A DNA stretch of 63,254 bases, the filler included, from Octopus bimaculoides (lineage: Eukaryota): the NCBI RefSeq assembly GCF_001194135.2. It is 9 parts of 8 records of this genome, joined end to end, with 100 filler letters (N's around TTAATTAATTAA, not from the genome) between each part and the next. Parts side by side here need not be neighbours in the genome. Positions count along the whole stretch, not along the records: positions 1 to 9,665 come from NC_068997.1; positions 9,766 to 15,356 come from NC_068985.1; 7 more parts are not named here. One strand, written 5' to 3'. The notes below the pieces were generated by a model, which saw only the letters and a program-made list of their open reading frames with translations, made no database searches and was not told the DNA's origin. The position numbers and the translations under genes were made by a program. Positions 1 to 12,440 of the stretch are shown in pieces (position 1 is the first letter of the stretch; every line of letters starts with the position of its first letter).

Positions 1-123
1 ACACACAAATGAAGCCTAGGTGCTTCGCAACAAAATTATTAAAAATTCCAACAAAATGTGGACAGTAAAAGGTCAAATAAACGTTTACCTTCGCAGCCGA
101 TGTGACAGCACGTCCGTGAGAAG

Positions 124-154
<31 letters not shown>

Positions 155-174
155 CAGATAGATAGAGGTATACT

Positions 175-406
175 CTCTACTCTTTACTCTTTTACTTGTT
201 TCAGTCATTTGACTGTGGCCATGCTGGAGCACCGCCTTTAGTCGAGCAAATCGACCCCAGGACTTATTCTTTAGAAGCCTCGTACTTATTCTATCAGTAT
301 CGTTTGCCAAACCGCTAAGTTACGCGGACGCAAACACACCAGCATTGGTTGTCAAGCGATGTTGGGGGGACAACACAGACACACAAACATATACACACAC
401 ACATAC

Positions 407-456
<50 letters not shown>

Positions 457-638
457 CACACACACACATATATACGACAGGCTTCTTTCAGTTTCCATCT
501 ACCAAATCCACTCACAAGGCTTTGGTTGGCATGAGGCTATAGTAGAAGATACTTGCCCAAGGTGCCATGCAGTGGGACTGAACCTGGAACCATGTGGTTC
601 TCAAGCAAGCTATTTACCACATAGCCACTCCTACACCT
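175..638 (-). mobile_element. tRNA-derived SINE (family A) with internal (TA)n/(CA)n microsatellite
   Basis: Reverse strand begins with a tRNA-like head (gtggctatgtggtaa...ggttccaggttcagtccc) and ends in a tgactgaaacaagtaaaagagtaaa tail. The same sequence recurs more than 10 times in the window. Confidence 0.85.
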
Positions 639-999
639 ATGATGATGCAAACAGCAAAAATAGAACTCAAAATATGAGTATATGTATAATTTTATTAACA
701 TTCAGCTGAAGTATCAAAGTGAATCAAGTGCTGAGAGTTTCGTGTGTTGGCATTTGTTAAAGTAGCTTGACATGAAATTCCCAGCCTTTGAATCATTCAG
801 TTTCTTCTGCTAAATATTAATAAAGATATCTCTAATTGTGGAGGGAACCTGTGGAAGAAGTAGACCAAGGAAGGCACGGGACAAGGAGGTGAAATATGAT
901 CTATGGTTGTTGAGTCTCACGGAGGCAATGACAATTAACTGGGTCTTCTAATGTTTTGGATGTGCTTGAGAAGACACGACAAGTTATGTGAAATCATGT

Positions 1000-1200
1000 T
1001 CATAGCCAGTGCTGGTGACACGTAAAAGGCAATCATGCTGGTGGTGTGTAAAGTACACCCAGTACACTCTCTAGAGTGGTTGGCATTAGGAAGGACATCC
1101 AGCAATAGAAACCAAACCAAAACAGATTGAAGCCTGGTGCAGCGCTCTTTAGCTTACCACCTCCAGCATGGAAAATGGATATTAAATGATGATGACGATG
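1000..1200 (+). mobile_element. SINE/RTE-tail repeat (family B) ending in gcatggaaaa...aaatgatgatg
   Basis: Shares gagtggttggcattaggaagg...catccagc and the (GAT)n tail with copies at 20290-20590, 23775-24070 and 60295-60415. Confidence 0.75.
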
Positions 1201-1490
1201 ACAATGATGATATATATATCATCATCCTCATTGATAAACATCCAATTTTTCCATACTTGTATGATTCAAATGGAGTTTGTTGAGGCAGACTTTCTATCGC
1301 CAGATGTCCTTTCTGTTGCCAACCCTCACCTGTTTCCAAGTAAGGCAATTTTTACCCACGGTCAGGTGTATCTCTGAGTATTGGAACTAAAGGACACCAC
1401 ACTTGCATGATGGCGACACTCACTAACAAATTTAATGCAATGTCAAGGCAAGGAGACAGTTACATACATAAGTACATACATAAGTATATA

Positions 1491-1702
1491 CAGGGTGGCC
1501 GTGGCCCAAAAATAGGTTTATAATTATCATGTAGGCACTTTAAATTTCTTTTAAAACATTTTATTACATTTAAGTCTTCCAATTAGCTAAATCAGCATAG
1601 AATAATGGTTTCATATTTTTTTGCAATTAAGATCTAAACTGTTAAGATATGAATGTGAAAGAGATAGTTGAATAACTGTAAATCTACTTTTGGGATACCC
1701 TG
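1491..1702. mobile_element. Tc1/mariner-type MITE
   Basis: TA|cagggtgg..cccaaaaatagg at the left end and ctacttttgggataccctg|TA at the right end: imperfect TIRs with TA flanks. Confidence 0.7.
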
Positions 1703-1704
1703 TA

Positions 1705-2055
1705 TATGGGCCCTAAAAGGGGGACACACAAAGACTGGAGATGAATGAAACTTGTATGCTCTGTTAGATATGCAATGCCAGTGTACATGTACAACAGATG
1801 TTTAAAGTATTGAGAGAAAGTTAGGCATAAGAGGAATTCGATGGAGTGTGCAAGAGAGAAGATTATGATAATTCCATCATGTGAGGAGAGTTGCATAAAG
1901 AAGAGCTGATCACTTAAAGTGGATGGAACATGTGGAAGAAAGAAACCCAAGAAGACATGGGATGAAGTACTGAAGGCTGATCTCAAGAAGCTGAGCTGTA
2001 TGGGGGAGACGACAAAGGATCAAGATACCTGGCACCTTGATGTGCTGGAGAAGAC
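1705..2055 (+). mobile_element. Degenerate RTE-clade LINE, ORF 3' end
   Basis: Frameshifted translation gives RLEMNETCML..CNASVHVQQ..LREKLGIRGI and LKVDGTCGRKKPKKTWDEVLKADLKKL..DTWHLDVLEKT, typical of the RTE ORF C-terminus. Confidence 0.8.
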
Positions 2056-2302
2056 CTTACAACAGAACTGATATCCTGAAACCATCTTGGTAAATGCTTG
2101 CATGTGCTCACCTCTGCCCCTCTGCCCCCACCTCCATTTTCAATGCCTCATCAAGCTTCCTCCTCATCTCATTCCCTAACACCTATCACTTCTTTATCAC
2201 CGATATTATTCAGATACCATAAATCACCTGGGAGCGGAATAGGCACATACTACATTCCCTAGTCCCAACCATAACAATTACATGCTTAGTTATTAGTGGG
2301 GT

Positions 2303-2811
2303 TTAACCCCTTTGATTCCAAGCCACCCAAAACTGTCCATGGATCTGTGATACAAACTTCCCCTTTTAAAGTGAAATAAATAAAAACCTTTCATAAAATT
2401 TGATATTAACTTATGTTCCAGACTCCAGTTTAATAACGATAAAGTTGCAGCATGGAAGGTGTTTATAAGCGATTTAAGAAACACACAAAAACCATTAGAT
2501 TCACTTCAGCATTTAAATTTAATTTGTCAAAATATGTTTGTCGCTTTGAGACTGCGACCTGTTCACTGACAAATTAAGTTTAAATGTTGAAGTGAATCTA
2601 ACGGTTTTTGTGTGTTTCTTAAATGGCTTATAAACACCTTCCACATTGCAATTGTTTTTGTTCCAGTATACGATCTCAGATTAGGTTACTTGCTATGCAA
2701 GTACATCTCTGTAATGATAAAGTTATTTTACTAAATTCTTCATGAAAGCCAAAATCAATCAAAACAAAGGCAGTGTGTATTTTAACAGGAATTCAGTAAT
2801 GAAAGTGTTAA
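2303..2811. mobile_element. TTAA-flanked (piggyBac-like) MITE carrying a nested palindromic insertion
   Basis: Ends are ttaacccctttgat... and ...aatgaaagtgttaa. An internal 2447-2715 insert is flanked by the direct repeat gataaagtt. Confidence 0.55.
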
Positions 2812-2929
2812 CTGTTTTCTGGTTCTTAATAAGAAGGTCAGTCTTCGTGCTGATATTTTCTTTGTTAGTGCTAACAATTCTAACAAACCAAAGATCATAT
2901 CTTTGATTATATTCACACCAACGCATCTT

Positions 2930-3178
2930 CTTTTATTTCTTTTATCTGCTTTTAATTGTTTCAGTTAGACTGCGGCCATGCTGGAACACCGCCTCAAAGA
3001 ATTTTAGTAGAACAAATTGACCCCAGTATTTTTTTTTTAAAGCCCAGTACTGCTTCTATTTGTCTTGTTTGCCAAACCGCTAGGTTACCGGGATGTAAAC
3101 AAACCAACTCCAGTTCACAAGTAGTAGGGGACAAACAAAGACACACACACACAACAGGCTTCTTTCAGNNNNNNNNNN

Positions 3179-3225
<47 letters not shown>

Positions 3226-3390
3226 ACAGGCTTCTTTCAGTTTCTGTCTACAAAATCCACTCACAAGCTTTTGGTTGGCCCAAAGGTATACTAGAAAACA
3301 CTTGCCCAATTTGTCACACAGTAGGACTGAACCTGGAACCATGTCGTTGGGAGGCAGACTTCTTACCACCCAACCACACTTGCACATATC
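2930..3390 (-). mobile_element. SINE family A copy
   Basis: Same body, tail and tRNA-like head as 175-638. The internal microsatellite is interrupted by a gap. Confidence 0.8.
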
Positions 3391-3789
3391 TGTGATTGTA
3401 TTTTTTGGGCTCCAGAGGAGTGAAGTTTAAATTTGAGCTTAGCATAGTTTGAACCCAGCATCTAAAGTTATAACTGTAACAGCATCTTGACCCTTGCCTT
3501 AGTCATTTCACCATTCTGCAATTTTGCAGAATGGTTGCTGTTGCTGTTGTTGTTGTTGTTGTTGCCAATTTAACAACAACAATGGCAACAAATTTTGGAA
3601 CAAAAGCAGAATGAATGATGGGGGATTAAGAGAATAATTCTTTCAACAAAATATATCTTTTATCTGAAATCTGTTCAATTTTCCAAATACATGTCAGTAT
3701 GTTTTGGTAGCCAAACATTCCAAGATAGATTTGGAATCGGTTTAAAGCAACGAAAGGTTTGTTCTGTGTAAATCGAGCATGAAAATCTA

Positions 3790-3963
3790 TCAAGAGAATT
3801 CTGCAGAAAAAATAATCTGATGATTGAGGAAGCGATCTTTTATAAGTTGAACATGATTATATCTAGCGCAAAGCATGATGGGAATCTGCAGCAAGGCATG
3901 ATGGGAAGTAATTGTTGTTCTTTGATATTGAGAGATAAGAAATATTTGCCAACAGGGCGAGAA
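3790..3963 (-). CDS. Candidate terminal exon (FSPCWQIFLISQYQRTTITSHHALLQIPIMLCARYNHVQLIKDRFLNHQIIFSAEFS*), possibly a muscleblind-type conserved alternative exon
   Basis: An upstream ctgac branch-like motif and a ctacag| acceptor at 3965-3964 precede a 57-codon open frame. The family assignment is from recollection only and is unverified. Confidence 0.4.
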   Translation of the reverse strand, partial: FSPCWQIFLISQYQRTTITSHHALLQIPIMLCARYNHVQLIKDRFLNHQIIFSAEFS

Positions 3964-4209
3964 CTGTAGCTTATATTTGGTTGTTACTGTAAGCCTAGTC
4001 AGTTGTTCATACATATTGAATAACCTGTGTAGACACATGTACAGGCACAGCCACACACATATATGTACCCTCCACTAATATAGTTCTACATATGCATACA
4101 TAAATCAGTATGTGTGTGTGTGTATATGTATATATGTGTGTATACATATATAGATATAAATGTATATGTATGAGTGTATATATATATAGATATAAATGTA
4201 TATGTATGA

Positions 4210-4247
<38 letters not shown>

Positions 4248-4452
4248 CCGTTGAAATATCAAACATATATAAATATATCCGCACAATCTATAAATGTTGC
4301 TCAAACAGATGCATACAGACTCACTCACTCCTAGATATACATTGATGTATATTTACTTATGTACATGTAACTAAATATAATACGCGTACACATACAGAAA
4401 CACACAATATATTGGCAATTTTATGAAGATATATTTACACACCTATAAATAA

Positions 4453-4486
<34 letters not shown>

Positions 4487-4859
4487 ACATGTATATGAAA
4501 ATATATATAACATATATACATATATCATCATCATCAGCAGCAGCATCATTATCATCATGAACATTACCTACCATCACAGACAGACAGTCTGAGACATACA
4601 GACCAAAGTGATTAATGTCGAATAACTGACCAGAAAGGTTGATAAGTCATCAACCAGTATGATATATATTGTGCATATGTGGTTGTGGGGAGGTGTGTGT
4701 GTGTGTGTAAAACACATAGATGACGGTGGAGAAGTGTACAAAGATAATGAATTCCAGGGGGAGGGGAAGGACAGGGGGTTAAAGACGGACCAATCACTGT
4801 ACGTAATGTTGTCTTTAAGACATCATCTTTGCACAACTATATCAACACCAGAACACTAT

Positions 4860-5400
4860 CAGCAATACCACCACCACCACCACATTACCAATAGTAGCAA
4901 CACCACCACCAACATCACCACTACACTAATACCACCTCCAACAACACCACCACCAAAAACACCACCAACAACAACACCATTACACTAATACCACCACCAC
5001 CACCACCAACAACAACAACACCACTACACTAATACNNNNNNNNNNCAACAACAACACCATTACACTAATACCACCACCACCACCACCAACAACAACAACA
5101 CCACTACACTAATACCACCACCACCAACAACACCACCAACAACAACACCACCACCACCAACAACAACACCACTACACTAATACCACCACCACCAACACCA
5201 CCACTACATTAATACCACCTCCAACAACACCAACATCACCAAGCTCTGAACCTAAGTCAACACCACACACAACACTAACTTGACCACATTGACAACACCA
5301 CAACTACACCTCCATGACCACTACAGCAACAACAATGCCATAAGGAGCCCCACCACTACACCACCTACCAAAACAACCCTACTCCCAACCCAACAAGGGA
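4860..5400. repeat. (CAC/CAA)-rich minisatellite-like low-complexity tract
   Basis: Repeating accaccaccaacaacaacaccactacactaat units with stops and frameshifts between them. Confidence 0.85.
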
Positions 5401-5617
5401 GCTTCTAGCTGATTAACCTGCAGGAAAATACACATTAGAATATGCGGTCCCAAGTTCCCCTGTACCAAGGGATAAAAACCAGGATGATCATAAACGGAAT
5501 AAATTTGATGATAGATATCTTGATACGGATCAAAGCAGACCAGGGAGGATAAACATTATCAATACTCACCTCCCATGCTCACATCAATATTACTTCCAGC
5601 CTCACCCACCTCAGCCA

Positions 5618-5953
5618 TCACCACTCATCCTTTCTTTTGAACCAGACAAAATGGCTTGCTTTTTCAGTGGCTTCTGACAGTTTTCCTGCAACAACTTCTC
5701 TCTCCTTTGCAGCTAGTCCAAGACTTCTGAGCATTGAGTGAACTTTGGTTCCAACATATCTTCTAACACCTGTTTCTACAGAAAGGTATATTGCATCCTA
5801 TTCACCGTTTAAACAGAGTTCAACCAACTCGCAGTATTTTCAGTCTTCCCTGAGAAAAAAAGTATCTTAGAAATTTGCTTCTCAGAGAACTGTCAGCTCT
5901 ACCCTGTTCAAAACCTTCCTTCCCTTGCTCCACATCAAAAAATGTTGGGTCTT
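5618..5953 (-). mobile_element. Degenerate C-terminal restriction-like endonuclease of a HERO/NeSL-type (R2 group) non-LTR retrotransposon
   Basis: Translation gives RPNI..WSKGRKVLNRVELTVL*E ... KYCELVELC..SVETGVRRYVGTKVHSMLRSLGLAAKEREVVAGKLSEATEKASHFVWFKRKDEW*. This matches the RPD..ELTVPWE..K.Y..L..VEVG.RG pattern. Confidence 0.75.
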
Positions 5954-6306
5954 TTAGTGGCAAAAAGTGGAAAGTAATATTTAGACCCACTTATGTTCAT
6001 ATGGATTTATAATGTGAAAATTATTTAGTGAGGGGAGGCTGCAAGTCTTGTTTATATAAAATAAACAAAAAAGACCAAAATTAAGTGAGGTTGAAGGCAG
6101 GTTATGAGTGAATTTTAAGGAGAATCTCAGTTATTCAACAAATTGATTTAGTGATTCTTTAAACTGTAATATGAGTGGCTGAGTATTCCACAGACATGCT
6201 GACAGTGCAACACAGGAGACCCTACCCTCTGATTTGTTTTTTTTAAAGCATTCGCTAAGGTCCTTAGACCACTGAAAACTTAAGAGCTACTAGAATAAAA
6301 TGGACG

Positions 6307-6600
6307 CTAGACAGAAGTCAATAGGTGACGATGTACATTAGACTTATAAGACTGGAGGTCATGTGGAAGAGGAAAACAAAACGGTGGAAGAGAATTCCAA
6401 AGTTCAGAGGTGCAAGAGAAAAAAACTGGTGCTGTAAAGTGCTTTACAACATTTAGGAGGTTGCACAGTATACTGATGAGAACTGGATGCAAGTCTAGTT
6501 CATCCCTGATAAGTTCTTTAGAGGCAGGATTCTCTTGGTGGGATTCCACACAGTTTCCATCTGCCAAATTTTTACTTATAAGCCTTGGATCATTGATCAA
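6307..6600 (-). mobile_element. LINE (CR1/Jockey-like group) ORF2 3' fragment
   Basis: Gives TRLASSSHQYTVQPPKC..LYSTSFF and, after a frameshift, TSELWNSLPPFCFPLPHDLQSYKSNVHRHL. Confidence 0.75.
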
Positions 6601-7014
6601 TGTCTGAGGTAAAAGGCATCTCACACAAAGTGCCATGTAGAGGGATTGAACCCAGGGCCTTATGACTGTAAATTGAATTGCTTTACCATTCAGCTATGCT
6701 TGCAAACTGTATGTAACCGAGTCTCTGGCAAGCAATAAAACAATAACAACGACAACAACAGCAACAACAGTCATATACTCAGTAAACTAAAACGCTATTC
6801 ACAGACTTTATCTTACACAAATTTAATTTGGTTTTTTAAACCGTGTCAAAACAACGAAAAACCATGTCGATGATGACAACAAAAATAAAGAATATTTATC
6901 ATCTGAGATTCTGATTGCTTTGACGTCTTAGGAAATGGTAAAATAATCAAAAGACATTAAACAACAACAACAACATCAATAATAATAATAATAATAATGA
7001 TAATGATGATGATG

Positions 7015-7054
<40 letters not shown>

Positions 7055-9236
7055 TGATAATAATAAAAATAAAAATAAACAAAATGAAAATCAAAATAGA
7101 ATTCCGTTTTCTAAATGGTTTAGTTAAGTGTTTAGAAAGAAAATATTAAAAACTGGGATTTATTTTAAACAAAATAAAGAATATTACATGTTGAGAAGCT
7201 ATCAATGCGATTTAATTAAAAACACACATTCACACATACACACATTCACACATACACACATTCACACTAACATACAAACATATACTCATACACAAACATG
7301 CATGTGCACAGAAGCATATGTACATATATGCATAAATATTCATATATGTACATTATATTATATAAATATATATACACATACATACACATAAACACACATA
7401 TATACACACTTACACAGACATACATACACTACATATACACACATATATATATATATACATACTTACATGTGTACACATATATATTATAAACATACATACA
7501 CACACATTTATCCACTCACACGTATATACACTTACACACATATGCTAGAGCATATACAAACTCCATTACTTCCAATCTCTTTTCCAAAGTAATACAATAT
7601 TTCTTAAAATCTTACTTTGGTATATATTTAATCAGTATATCTTGTGCGTGCACGTGCACACAAGCACACACACACACACACACACACACATTTGTGTGTG
7701 TGTGTGTATTATATATATAATAAAAGAATGTGTTGCCTCAAACATGGAAGACAGTGAATAAAATATTCACTGGTATTGCAAATAGCTGCCCAGCTGAATA
7801 AAAATTCTGTATGTGCAATCAAGTCAGTATTGAATTAAAATAGTCATCTATGTACCATTATATATATATCATGTTACTTAGCCTAGGTGGCTATATGCAA
7901 CACCAGTGATGTTTTAATTTATTGATTCCTACCGTCACCTATTTCCATTACAAGCTTATATTTCCCAATGACCAGACATAATTTCATGACAGTTTGGAAA
8001 TGAACAACATTACTTGTATAAGAGTGACAAGCATTTTCCATAAAGAACCTCTCATATTACCCGGGTATATATCTTTACCCCGCTTGGCATTCAGGGGTTA
8101 AAGTTATACCCAGATCAAATGTACTGCTTATTGATTTATATTGTTTTGAATTGGTTATGTATTATCTTGTAGCTTTGGAATTTCGTGGATGCAATTGTTT
8201 GCTTTTAGAATGACATTGTAGGGTAGGTATGAGATGCCAGATCTGGCTTGTTTGAGCATAAAATAAGTAGAATATTTAGCCTGGATATGGCCAGTTTAAA
8301 TACTAAAGATTTAAACGGTATCTTATGGTGGAGCTCTGATTAGGAACTTTCAGCGTCTTAAGAAATGTGGAACCATCTCTTAGCCACTATTGTTCTTTGG
8401 TCTACTCTGAGCAGTAACAACTATCAGAGACCCAGTTATAAGTTAAACAGCATGTCTTCACTTGAACCAGAGCATATTGAAATCATGAGATGTAGCATGG
8501 TGGTGGATGTGAACTACTTCAGGAAATGAATTTATTAAATCAATGGCAAACATCACTAGATGCTCAGCAGGTGAAGAGGCAATAGTTATGGGTCAAACAG
8601 TATGTCCATACTCGAGCCAAGGCAAGTCGAAATCATGAGACGCAGCACAGCAGTGGATGTGAACAACAAATGAATTTATTAAATCAATGGCAAACATCAC
8701 AAAACACTGAGCGGGTGAAGAGGCAACAAACTTTCAAAAGCCAGGATCGGTTACAGTTCAATTAGCAAATTACTGCTGTCATCTGTAATCATGGTGTGTG
8801 CAGCTAATGAAAGACCAACACCACTATCACTCAAGTCGGACATTCATGATGCATCACTCAATCAGAACATATGGTGAAGAGGAGTTGGATTGGTCCAGAC
8901 AAGGCAGCTGACCGGACGCTGATGATAAGGATTACCCAACACATCTTTCTACTCGACATTACTGAGAGTAAGCGTTCCATTGTTATTTCAAACACTTTTC
9001 TCCCAAAATGTCTTGGTTTACTCAGACCAAACTTGCAGCTTCATAATCCAGAAAACCTCACACCATTGGATTCTCAATACAGAACATTGGCAAACCACAG
9101 GCTTCATCTCTCTTGGACACACGCACACACACAAAGGGATGGATGGACAGAGAAATAAACAGATAGATTAATAGATAGACAGACAAAGAAATACGCAGAC
9201 ACAAACAAAGAAATAGATAGATAGATAGATAAAAAG

Positions 9237-9343
9237 ATAAACATAATTAAGGGATCAGCAAATATTTGCTTCACCACATACCGAAGTTCTGAACTCCAGT
9301 ATGTGGTGAAGCAAATATTTGCTGATCCCTTAATTATGTTTAT
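9237..9343. repeat. Perfect 45-bp inverted repeat with a 17-nt loop
   Basis: ataaacataattaagggatcagcaaatatttgcttcaccacatac (9237-9281) is the exact reverse complement of 9299-9343. Confidence 0.95.
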
Positions 9344-9440
9344 AAATATATATGAACTTTTAAATAAGTTCTCCACCGATAATGGTGCTTACATACCGAA
9401 GGGCTTGGTAAAAATTATTAATTGTTGATTTATTGATAAA

Positions 9441-9531
9441 CTAGCAGAAATACCCGGCGTTGCCCGGGTTAAAGAGAATAATGAAATCTAAAAACGCCGT
9501 CTAGACTACGCATCATCTTTATATATAGAGA
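9441..9531 (-). mobile_element. Non-autonomous mini-Helitron (91 bp)
   Basis: Minus strand reads A|TCtctatatataaag...cccgggcaacgccggg-tatttctg-CTAG|T: 5' TC, subterminal GC hairpin, 3' CTAG, and insertion between A and T. Confidence 0.85.
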
Positions 9532-9863
9532 TGTATATACACACACGCACCCAAACACACGTATATATATGTATATCAATATAAATATATGAAAGTCAAT
9601 GAAGTTTCGTAAAAGAAGGTGATCATGTACATACTTTCTTGCTGTTGTGATTATAACACCTCATTNNNNNNNNNNNNNNNNNNNNNNNNNNNNNNNNNNN
9701 NNNNNNNNNTTAATTAATTAANNNNNNNNNNNNNNNNNNNNNNNNNNNNNNNNNNNNNNNNNNNNTATATATATAGACAGACATATATAAATACATGCAT
9801 GAGGTTCAGTCATAGAAGAGAAGTGAGGATAACAGAGAGGAAATAGTCAATTATATTCTACCT

Positions 9864-9909
<46 letters not shown>

Positions 9910-10710
9910 CATATATGCACACAAACATATATAGGTGTGTAGGTGGGTGTTTGATAATATATACACAGACAGACAAACACACACATACATACATACATAC
10001 ATGCATACATACAGACTTAGAAATATTAATAACTCTATATATATATATACTTATACATTTAAAGACATAATGCCAAGTACATTTGCACAAATTTATGTAT
10101 ATAAATATATGACTGTCATTTCTAGCAATGCTGTTGCTTACTAGTACCCTCCGTCATTTTAGTGACGAATATGCTTATTGCGTTTCGGTTCTAAATTGCG
10201 AATAGCCACCTTATTAATTTATAATTCTCACTTCAACATTTTCAGAATCAGGCAATCTTTCCTCTGGTGTTCTCTATAAGACTGAGAAGTTGAATTAAGT
10301 TCTTTAGCCCTCAACGACGAAGTAATGGGTCACTGACGAAGATTAATCAAATCTGAGATCAGCATTGATATGACTCCATTTCGGTTGCCGTGGGGAGATT
10401 GTCTCCCTTGTTTTCTGTTTTCGTTTTTATGTTTTCGTTTCTCATTGTGTTTAACGTTCTTTTTATGTCCTATACCATATATGCATGTATGTATACATAT
10501 AGATGTAGGTATCTACATATATGCATGGATATATGCATATATCTATATATTATCTATATTATTATATGATCGAATGCCACGCATCCTTTTCCAAGTAAGT
10601 TTTATCATAATAATTACAATGCGCACTCTTCTACTATCTCTCTCCCTCTCTTGTGCTTCATCCTTTCTGTTTTTCTCTCCCACCCTTTCCTTATTCTTCT
10701 CTCCTTTCAC

Positions 10711-10745
<35 letters not shown>

Positions 10746-11110
10746 CTACTCTTCCTCCTTGACTCTCTCGTCGCTGACACATGACGAAAGGGGTTCTTTC
10801 TTTCTGCTCACTGGTCTTCTTAAAGAACAGACGTGTTTTTTTCTGTCTCTTCTATCATGGCACTTAGCGTTCATAATAATTTTTTTATCGTCGTGGCTCA
10901 ACAGCCCTCACCATTTGTTTTTACTGTCTTGTTTTTACTGTTTTTGTTGTTTTTACTGTCTTGTTCTCATTGTCCTGTTCTTGTTAACACGCGGATCGGA
11001 AAGCCTTGTTTTTTCTGTTGAGGGCTTATTAGACTATTTTTCATAGTCATTGCACGATGATCGTCATAAGTTTTAAGTTTATATAATAATACCATTATTA
11101 TTATCTACAG

Positions 11111-11161
<51 letters not shown>

Positions 11162-11785
11162 CGTGTGTGCGTGTGCGCGTGCGTGTGTGTGTGTGTGTGT
11201 GTGCGTATAATTAACATAATAGGGTAAAAATTTGATATTAATTAATATCAATTTAATACCAGGAAACCAGCACATTAAAAGAATCAGAAGATTCAGAAAA
11301 AATTTTCTGAAATCTCAAAAGGATTATAGTATATTTATATAACGTTTATAAGGATTATAGTATATTTATATAACGTTTATATTTATATAACGTTTATACA
11401 ACGTTTCTCAAAGTTGGTAAATTCGATGCAGAAATTATTTTTTGCAGAGATATTTCCAGATTTAGCGCGCTAAAACTAAGACTTTTGAATATTACTCTTT
11501 ATAATCAATAAAACCCCGTGCACATATTTTCATTCATGGGAGACAGCTAGCACGCGGTTCTGTTGGATTATAATCTTTATAGCAGTCTGTACTGAGGAGA
11601 AACAGATACTTTCGGTAAGAAAATGTTGATTTTGAAACCATGGTCTACAGATAACCTAGTAATTTTACTTTTCACTAGTCTCGCCCGCCTGTTTTTGTTT
11701 CGCTGTATTTTCTTTGAGAATTTTCTTTGAGAATTTTTAAGTGATCTTCCCCTAGCACAATACCAGTCTACTTAGTGGTCTCTTT

Positions 11786-11821
<36 letters not shown>

Positions 11822-12203
11822 TATATNNNNNNNNNNNNNNNNNNNNNNNNNNNNNNNNNNNNNNNNNNNNNNNNNNNNNNNNNNNNNNNNNNNNNNNNNN
11901 NNNNNNNNNNNNNNNNNNNNNNNNNNNNNNNNNNNNNNNNNNNNNNNNNNNNNNNNNNNNNNNNNNNNNNNNNNNNNNNNNNNNNNNNNNNNNNNNNNNN
12001 NNNNNNNNNNNNNNNNNNNNNNNNNNNNNNNNNNNNNNNNNNNNNNNNNNNNNNNNNNNNNNNNNNNNNNNNNNNNNNNNNNNNNNNNNNNNNNNNNNNN
12101 NNNNNNNNNNNNNNNNNNNNNNNNNNNNNNNNNNNNNNNNNNNNNNNNNNNNNNNNNNNNNNNNNNNNNNNNNNNNNNNNNNNNNNNNNNNNNNNNNNNN
12201 NNN

Positions 12204-12246
<43 letters not shown>

Positions 12247-12440
12247 TATACATACATAAGTAATGAGCTTTACACGTTTATTTATTTGTGCACCGCAGAC
12301 TTACAACTGTTTCTTATAATTCTTTTAGGTCGTTCATGGTTCCATACATTCAGTCGGTCGAGTGATTGATTGATATCATTTGTTCTCCTTTAGTTTGACA
12401 TCTGTTGCGTGGATTCTGAAGATGATAACATTTGTTATAG

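Noticed and set aside
4659-5400. Mucin-like Thr/Pro-rich ORF
   Set aside because: Frequent stops and frameshifts between repeat units; a simple (CAC/CAA) minisatellite.
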